Positions 26,952-32,621 of a stretch of 32,621 nt of DNA are shown here, piece after piece. Under the pieces are notes generated by a model that saw only the letters and a list, made by a program, of their open reading frames with translations, was not told where the DNA came from and searched no databases. The stretch is taken from positions 1 through 32,621 of the IMG/VR virus record IMGVR_UViG_3300009117_000021, one strand, 5' to 3'. Origin of the DNA: a virus (Duplodnaviria > Caudoviricetes). Both the position numbers and the translations under genes were made by a program. The number at the start of each line of letters is the position of its first letter. Within the stretch, counting starts at the first letter, position 1.

Positions 26952-27345
26952 TAATCCATTTATGGACTTGGCTGGGGCAATTGGAAAGGGGGGCGCAGGA
27001 AAAGGGGCGTCCTTTTTTGTTGGTCATGTTGCGAGCGCAACCCCTTTGGTAGTAGAGACTGGCGATATTAGCATTACAAGAGAGGACATGAAAATCAACC
27101 AGTATTTATTAAAAGGCCATAAGAGGCGTTACAGCTTAGCGGAAACAACGGCAACGGGGGTCACTGGGAACCGAAGCGGAGGAAGCTATGCAGAGTCTTT
27201 TTCTTCTCACAATCATGATATGGATACAATAGGTATTCCTAATGGGGAATATGCAACGCTAGATGATTTTGCTGTGGGGGAAACAGTGCTTATGCTTTGC
27301 AGTGAAGACCAGCAGACCTTTGTTTTGGTATGTAAATTGGAATGA
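26938..27345 (+). CDS. XkdR/DUF2577-like spike protein
   Basis: G.V.S..PL.V; HNH tip motif; VGETV......Q.F.LVCK. Confidence 0.72.
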   Translation: MERNSNPFMDLAGAIGKGGAGKGASFFVGHVASATPLVVETGDISITREDMKINQYLLKGHKRRYSLAETTATGVTGNRSGGSYAESFSSHNHDMDTIGIPNGEYATLDDFAVGETVLMLCSEDQQTFVLVCKLE

Positions 27346-27359
27346 AAGGAGCGGATTCG

Positions 27360-27782
27360 ATGGCAGCTTTATTTCCCTTTTTTGGGGATGGAGTAGAAGC
27401 AGGGGAAGAAGTAGAACTGCCTCTTTATGAAGAAGTGGCATGGGACTTTGAAAACAATGTCCCCCGTATGAAGGATGGATCCTTTTATATTGTCACAGGA
27501 AACGAAGCCATCAAAACATGGTGCTACAAGGCATTAATGACAGAGCGGTACCGTTATATCATTTACAGCATGGACTTTGGAAATGAGCTGGAGGGAATGA
27601 TTGGTGAGAGCTTTACTCCGAATTTAACCAAAGCAGAAAGCATCCGTTACATAGAAGAATGCTTATTAATCAATCCATACATCCAAGGGGTTTCCAATGT
27701 GGAGGTGAGCTTTGATGGTGGGCGCCTTACCATTAGCGGAAAATTAAATACAGTTTACGGTGAGATGGAGGTAAGCTTTTAG
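27360..27782 (+). CDS. XkdS/DUF2634 baseplate protein
   Basis: EAIKTW.YKALMTERYRY.IYS.DFG.EL. Confidence 0.85.
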   Translation: MAALFPFFGDGVEAGEEVELPLYEEVAWDFENNVPRMKDGSFYIVTGNEAIKTWCYKALMTERYRYIIYSMDFGNELEGMIGESFTPNLTKAESIRYIEECLLINPYIQGVSNVEVSFDGGRLTISGKLNTVYGEMEVSF

Positions 27783-28840
27783 TGTATGAGGAAAAAACCT
27801 ATGAAAATATCAAAGGGGAAATTTTAAAAAAAGTATCCCTTACCGATAAGCGGGAGGGGTCTTTTGTAAATGACATGGTTAGTGCCATTGCTTATGAAAT
27901 GGAAGGGGCATATAGCAGATTTGACAAGCAGCTGGGCATTATGTTCGTGAATGATTCTGCAGGGAACTACATAGACAAACGTGGTGAAGAGTACGGCATT
28001 GTAAGAAAGGAAGGTACCTATGCCAGAGGGGAGTGTACCTTTATCGGGAACAAAGGGGCGAAGGTAGCTATCGGGGATTTATGTGCAACCACCAGCGGTC
28101 TTTTGTACAACGTTACCACCGGGGGGACGCTGGGTGATAGCGGGATGATGGTTTTACCCATTCGTGCTGTGGAAATTGGGGATAAGTACAACGTTTTGGC
28201 CGAAGAAATAAACACCCTTCCGGCAAGCATTAACGGAATTACAGCTGTAGCCAACGTGGAAAACATTTTAGGTGGCACAGCAAGGGAAACGGATGAGGCT
28301 TTGGCGGAGCGGATTTTAGCGAGACTGCAAACCCCTGCTACCAGCGGAAATGCCTATCACTATAGGTTGTGGGCAATGGATGTAGAAGGGGTTGGGGATG
28401 CCAAGGTGTTTCCCTTGGACAATGGTCCGGGTACGGTTACAGTGATGCCTATTACCGCTGAAAAGCGCAGTCCAGGTGAAGAGATTCTTACTAAAGTTAC
28501 AGACTATATTGATGAGCTTCGGCCAATTGGTGCAACGGTTACAATAATTGCACCCCAGGAAGTTTTAATCAATGTAACGGCGAGAATCAATATTTCTTTG
28601 GCAACCACGGTGGCTAAAGTAAAAGAAACCTATGAGACACTTTTGGAAGAATATATCAAGGGAAGTGTTTTTCGCTTATCGGTCGTGGATTATTACAAAT
28701 GCCTCTCTATGTTTTATGAAATTGAAGGAGTACAAGCAGTACAGACATTTACAATCAATGGAGGAACGGCAAGCATAGCCATAGATGCCAAAGAGATTCA
28801 GGTGGCGGGAGCGGTAGTTATTGAGGGGGCGAGTTCATGA
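27782..28840 (+). CDS. Baseplate J-like protein (XkdT)
   Basis: DKREGS, ETDEAL..R, SGNAYHY..WA, GPGTV. Confidence 0.92.
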   Translation: MYEEKTYENIKGEILKKVSLTDKREGSFVNDMVSAIAYEMEGAYSRFDKQLGIMFVNDSAGNYIDKRGEEYGIVRKEGTYARGECTFIGNKGAKVAIGDLCATTSGLLYNVTTGGTLGDSGMMVLPIRAVEIGDKYNVLAEEINTLPASINGITAVANVENILGGTARETDEALAERILARLQTPATSGNAYHYRLWAMDVEGVGDAKVFPLDNGPGTVTVMPITAEKRSPGEEILTKVTDYIDELRPIGATVTIIAPQEVLINVTARINISLATTVAKVKETYETLLEEYIKGSVFRLSVVDYYKCLSMFYEIEGVQAVQTFTINGGTASIAIDAKEIQVAGAVVIEGASS

Positions 28841-29379
28841 GGCTGATTGATTATTTGCCCGAGGACTACAAGAAAAGTGCTGCTGTGGTACAAATTCAAG
28901 ATGCCATTCAAGGAGAGTGGGACAACCTGGATCAGGCGGCAGAGGCTTTGGAACAGCAGCTTTTCATTGATACTGCTACATGGGGGATTGGATATTGGGA
29001 AAAGGTATATGGTATTACATCTAATCTATCAAAGAGCATGAATTTTCGAAGGTCTGCCGTAAAGGCTAAGATGAGGGGCACGGGTACCACAACCGTTGCT
29101 ATGATTCAAAATGTTTCTGAAAGTTTTGTAAATGGACAGGTGGCCATAGAAGAACATAACGAAGAATACCGTTTTGATATTGTGATGCTTTCGGTCATTG
29201 GGATTCCACCGAATATGGAGGATTTACGGGCAGTAATTGAAGAAATTAAGCCTGCCCATTTGGATTACCGTATTGTTATCAAATACAATCAACATCAAGA
29301 CTTGCGAAAACTTACCCATAAGGATATGAAAATATATAGTCACTTTGCTTTGAGAGAGGAGGCATTAGTAAATGGCTGA
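28837..29379 (+). CDS. XkdU/DUF2313 baseplate protein
   Basis: FIDTATWGI.YWE...IKPAHL. Confidence 0.88.
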   Translation: MRLIDYLPEDYKKSAAVVQIQDAIQGEWDNLDQAAEALEQQLFIDTATWGIGYWEKVYGITSNLSKSMNFRRSAVKAKMRGTGTTTVAMIQNVSESFVNGQVAIEEHNEEYRFDIVMLSVIGIPPNMEDLRAVIEEIKPAHLDYRIVIKYNQHQDLRKLTHKDMKIYSHFALREEALVNG

Positions 29380-29563
29380 GTTTACAACGAATTATAACCT
29401 GGAAAAGCCTGCGCAGAATGAATTTTACAATGTGGAGGTACAGAATCAGAATATGGATAAAATTGATGCTGCTTTGGCAGGGGCGAAATTTATTGTTGCA
29501 CCCACAGGGGAAAAGTATAAATGGGGAATGGATGCAATCGGATTATTTTTAGAGGAGGTGTAG
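29372..29563 (+). CDS. Short tail-fibre attachment protein
   Basis: TTNYNLEKP...N.NMDKID fibre N-terminal motif. Confidence 0.65.
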   Translation: MAEFTTNYNLEKPAQNEFYNVEVQNQNMDKIDAALAGAKFIVAPTGEKYKWGMDAIGLFLEEV

Positions 29564-29566
29564 GCC

Positions 29567-30331
29567 ATGGCCAGTGGAGATAAGTTTTATTTAGCGGATA
29601 AGGCCACCCTGGATGAGGTGAAAGGTAAAGTAGGAAATACCACGGATACAGGGGGGAGTAGTACCGCCGGAACGGTAATGGCAAAGGAAAATGCCGTTTT
29701 GGGGGAAGTTGGAAAAATTGGAGCAACCAATGATGCACAGAGCAGTTCTACAACTACAGGTAGCATTTTTGCCAAGTTAAATTATTTGGTATCCCAAATA
29801 AGCCTATATCTTTCAAATATATTCACCCGTATTGGCGCACAAACTGATTCCAATGATACAGGGAGTAAGAGTTCAAGCGCTCACGGAAAATTGAACTGGT
29901 TTATTGATTTGTTTGGAAAAACGGATGATACCGGAGCGACAGTAATTACTGGAACGGCAATGGGAAAACTAAACTCACTGATTACACAAGCAAAATTAGA
30001 TGTATATAAATATATGCGTGTATTTGTTCCGCAAAGTCAAACAGATTATACCCTCCTAGTATTATCGGGCAGAGGGAAGTTTTATGGAATCTATGGTTCC
30101 AATCTCTCAAGTGTAAAGTTGATTGTTGATAATGCTGAGTATATTGCTGCTGGATATTCAAGTGGTACACGTTCATTCAGAGGGAGTGTTGAACGAGGCA
30201 TAGCGGGTTATAATAGTACAGGTTCAGCATATACAATAGATTCTATACCATTTAAAAACTCTCTTGTTATTAAAGTAAGCACAGAAGTGTCTAGTGGCAA
30301 TGCTGATATAATATATGGTTTATATGAATAG
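29567..30331 (+). CDS. Probable tail fibre / receptor-binding protein
   Basis: Four G...D......G.....KLN-type repeats followed by a beta-rich domain. Confidence 0.6.
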   Translation: MASGDKFYLADKATLDEVKGKVGNTTDTGGSSTAGTVMAKENAVLGEVGKIGATNDAQSSSTTTGSIFAKLNYLVSQISLYLSNIFTRIGAQTDSNDTGSKSSSAHGKLNWFIDLFGKTDDTGATVITGTAMGKLNSLITQAKLDVYKYMRVFVPQSQTDYTLLVLSGRGKFYGIYGSNLSSVKLIVDNAEYIAAGYSSGTRSFRGSVERGIAGYNSTGSAYTIDSIPFKNSLVIKVSTEVSSGNADIIYGLYE

Positions 30332-30340
30332 GGGGATAAT

Positions 30341-30667
30341 ATGTATTATAAAAAACAAAGAAACGAACCACCTATTGTCAGAACTGGTTGTGTGTATGCA
30401 GAAAGCTACTTTTATAATGGATATTTATATTTAAAATTTGCAGTAAACAATATTCCATCAGAGGAGTTGACAGAAATTACACAGGAAGAATATGAAGCAA
30501 ACAAGCCTGTTATTCCAGAACCGGAACTAGAACAAACGGAAACAGAAATGCTCATGCAAGCAAATACAGATTCAGAATTGCGTGATTTGGTGATTCAACA
30601 AAATCAAGAATTGTTAGCACAACAATTAACAGATATTGAGGTGGCACTATTGGGAGGTGGCAGATAA
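30341..30667 (+). CDS. Probable fibre assembly protein (XkdW-like position)
   Basis: EITQEEY..., PEPE linker, coiled C-terminus. Confidence 0.55.
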   Translation: MYYKKQRNEPPIVRTGCVYAESYFYNGYLYLKFAVNNIPSEELTEITQEEYEANKPVIPEPELEQTETEMLMQANTDSELRDLVIQQNQELLAQQLTDIEVALLGGGR

Positions 30668-30810
30668 TGAGTCCTATGTTTGAGAATTTAAAGCTAAGGT
30701 TTGAAAAGAATTTTGTTAGGAAAGATCAACTTCAAAAGTTTGTTGGTTTTGGCAAGATTACCACGGAGGAATACAAAGAAATCACCGGTGAGGATCTAAT
30801 GGAACAATAA
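30667..30810 (+). CDS. XkdX-family protein
   Basis: QLQKFVGFGKITTEEYKEITGE; TAATG overlap; not in the ORF track. Confidence 0.8.
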   Translation: MSPMFENLKLRFEKNFVRKDQLQKFVGFGKITTEEYKEITGEDLMEQ

Positions 30811-30898
30811 TTACATATGGCATTGGGTGGATCGGAGCATATCCGGGTTTTTTTATTGCAGAAAAGGAGTGATTTTATTGCGTAAAGGGGTGAAGTGT

Positions 30899-31210
30899 GT
30901 GGATGCAGTGGTTTTTGGAATGATTCAAGCAGTGGTAACTTCAATGGGAATCTGGTATCTGCAACGCAAATTAGGAAAGCGGGATGATGTTGCCGAAAAG
31001 CGGGAAAAGGAACGGGAGGACATGGAGTACAATCTTTTAACGGCGGTGAATGCTTCCATTGCATTAGGGGAAGCAACAGCAAAGGCAGTGCAGCGGATTC
31101 CTGATGCACAGTGTAACGGTGATATGACGGCAGCCTTAAGTTATACCACAACGGTGAAACATGATCTAAAGAACTTCCTTAACCGGAAGGCGGTGGAGAA
31201 GATTGTCTGA
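30899..31210 (+). CDS. One-TM holin-like / lysis accessory protein
   Basis: N-terminal TM, ...CNGDM..A; GTG start with RBS AAGGGGTG. Confidence 0.6.
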   Translation: MDAVVFGMIQAVVTSMGIWYLQRKLGKRDDVAEKREKEREDMEYNLLTAVNASIALGEATAKAVQRIPDAQCNGDMTAALSYTTTVKHDLKNFLNRKAVEKIV

Positions 31211-31520
31211 AGGAAAAAAGCGCAGACGTTTTCGTATTAATGACGATACCATGACAACCATTGTGGTGTCGTCTTTGCTTTTCTGCGTTGCGGTGGTGGT
31301 TGCGGGGATGGTTTTAGCTTTCTTCGGGGTGGACGTTTCTGCCATTGTAGGGAATGCCTTGACGGTATTTGGTACGGAGCTGGGCATATGCGGAGTTATG
31401 ACCATATTCAACCGCTGGGCAGATCGGCAGGACAAGCAAGCGGAGAAGCGGCAGGAAAGACGAATGAGATGGGAGGAAATGAAGAATGAGCGAGAACAAA
31501 ACGAACGAAGCGCAGGGTGA
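31203..31520 (+). CDS. Two-TM membrane protein (lysis region)
   Basis: Hydrophobic segments, FGTELG motif, charged tail. Confidence 0.65.
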   Translation: MSEGKKRRRFRINDDTMTTIVVSSLLFCVAVVVAGMVLAFFGVDVSAIVGNALTVFGTELGICGVMTIFNRWADRQDKQAEKRQERRMRWEEMKNEREQNERSAG

Positions 31521-31740
31521 GTGGTTGGAAGGGGCGGCAATATTAAGGGAAAGTACAAAAGTAACCATTCAGAATCTTTTGACAGTGAAATCTATCGTTA
31601 CAATTTTGCTAACGGTAGTTTTTTCTTATTTGGCCATTGTTGGCCGGATTAGTGGAGAGCAGTTTTTAACCATATTTAGTGTGGTGATTGCCTTTTACTT
31701 TGGCACCCAGTATCAGAAAAACAGCGGAGGTGAGGAATGA
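31486..31740 (+). CDS. Probable holin
   Basis: VKSIVT..LT.VF.YL...F.TIF...IAFYFGTQ; directly before the lysin. Confidence 0.7.
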   Translation: MSENKTNEAQGEWLEGAAILRESTKVTIQNLLTVKSIVTILLTVVFSYLAIVGRISGEQFLTIFSVVIAFYFGTQYQKNSGGEE

Positions 31741-32453
31741 TGAAACCAGTTTTATATATGCAGAGTGATCCCAAATGGGCAAGCTATGACTATTCTGCAC
31801 CGGGTGAAAAGACCACGATTAAGGCGGAGGGGTGTGGCATTACCTGTGCTGCTATGGTCATTGCAACCTTGGCCGACAAAAATGTGACTCCTGTCATAAC
31901 AGCGGAATGGTCAAAGAAGCATGGATATAAGGCCAAGGGACAGGGTACATATTATTCCTATTTCAAGCCCCAGGGAGCGGCGTACGGCATTGAAATTACT
32001 ATGCTAAATAGCGCCAATATTTACGGTTCTCCTGCTTCCAAGTATCATGATATGGCCAAAGAGGTTATTGAGCGTGGTGATTTGGTCATTGCTTGTATGG
32101 GTAAAGGGAATTGGACAACCAGCGGCCATTATGTGCTTTGGTACGGTTTGGAAGCAGGAAAAGTTTTAATCAATGATCCCTGGTCTAATAAGCCGGCGCA
32201 GACAAATGCCGATTTCAATTTGTTCAAAAGTCAGGTGAAATTTTATTGGGTGGTAAAGGTGCCGGATGAATTTAAGGAGGATGAGGATATGAAAAGATAT
32301 AACACATTAAACGAAGTACCAAGCTGGGCAAAACCTATGGTGAAGGATATGCAGGATAAGGGATGTTTCTCTGATAAAAACAAGATGGATCTCACGGATG
32401 ATATGCTTCGGGCAATGGCTTTGGTGACAAGGTATATCGAAAAGAATAAATAA
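31737..32453 (+). CDS. Endolysin, C39-like cysteine peptidase
   Basis: Q.DPKW...GCGITCAAM...GHYV...INDP; C-terminal VPSWAK cell-wall-binding-like segment. Confidence 0.82.
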   Translation: MMKPVLYMQSDPKWASYDYSAPGEKTTIKAEGCGITCAAMVIATLADKNVTPVITAEWSKKHGYKAKGQGTYYSYFKPQGAAYGIEITMLNSANIYGSPASKYHDMAKEVIERGDLVIACMGKGNWTTSGHYVLWYGLEAGKVLINDPWSNKPAQTNADFNLFKSQVKFYWVVKVPDEFKEDEDMKRYNTLNEVPSWAKPMVKDMQDKGCFSDKNKMDLTDDMLRAMALVTRYIEKNK

Positions 32454-32465
32454 GTTTGAGCTGTC

Positions 32466-32492
32466 AGCCCCTTGATTTATTCGAGGGGCTTT
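32466..32492 (+). terminator. Terminator after the lysin
   Basis: AGCCCCTTGA-tttat-TCGAGGGGCT-TT. Confidence 0.7.
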
Positions 32493-32568
32493 AATAAAAA
32501 AAGAAAAGAAAAAAACAATAAAACAAAATGAGTCGGTATGAAATGTTTATTTATTAGGGGGATGACTT

Positions 32569-32621
32569 ATGGATAGTTTTATTGCTTGGGTAGGCGGAAA
32601 GAAATTATTAAGAAAAGAAAT
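32569..32621 (+). CDS. N-terminus of a Dam-family (D12 class) DNA adenine methylase, truncated by the window
   Basis: MDSFIAWVGGKKLLRKE contains the W.GGK motif; RBS AGGGGG. Confidence 0.7.
   Translation, partial: MDSFIAWVGGKKLLRKE

Larger units (their letters stand above)
90..32621. mobile_element. Temperate prophage with contractile tail and HK97-type head; continues beyond the right edge
   Basis: Complete module order: integration, immunity, early, replication, packaging, head, tail, lysis. Confidence 0.97.

Noticed and set aside
32192-32215. Weak extra copies of the 24-bp palindrome (32192; also about 3334, 6583, 10342, 15942)
   Set aside because: Only half-sites, wrong spacing or about 14/24 matches; could be chance.

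Overview
The window is most of a temperate, myovirus-type prophage of a spore-forming Clostridia-like host. Gene order from left to right: att junction, large serine recombinase, XRE repressor switch, early genes (AbrB-like, PC4/YdbC, PcfK/PcfJ, DUF3102), HUH rolling-circle Rep, RecU, late regulator, HNH/TerS/TerL, HK97-type head, PBSX/Xkd-type contractile tail, lysis genes and the start of a Dam-like methylase. The right att site is outside the window. Two observations stand out. (1) The phage interrupts a cotJC-like sporulation gene: bases 1-89 on the minus strand read EFAHAEMMATIFHQLT. A sigmaA-type promoter precedes the integrase and a sigmaE-like promoter precedes a small candidate directionality factor, suggesting skin/SPbeta-like developmental excision. 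(2) A 24-bp palindrome (AAAWNCGCARRCGTTTGCGNWTTT) occurs at five dispersed sites, one directly behind the HTH-coding part of the DUF3102 gene, suggesting an undescribed protein/dispersed-site system. Several antisense promoter-hairpin-U-tract units and an inverted-repeat-flanked antisense HTH cassette are also present. All family calls come from motif recognition by eye, not database searches.
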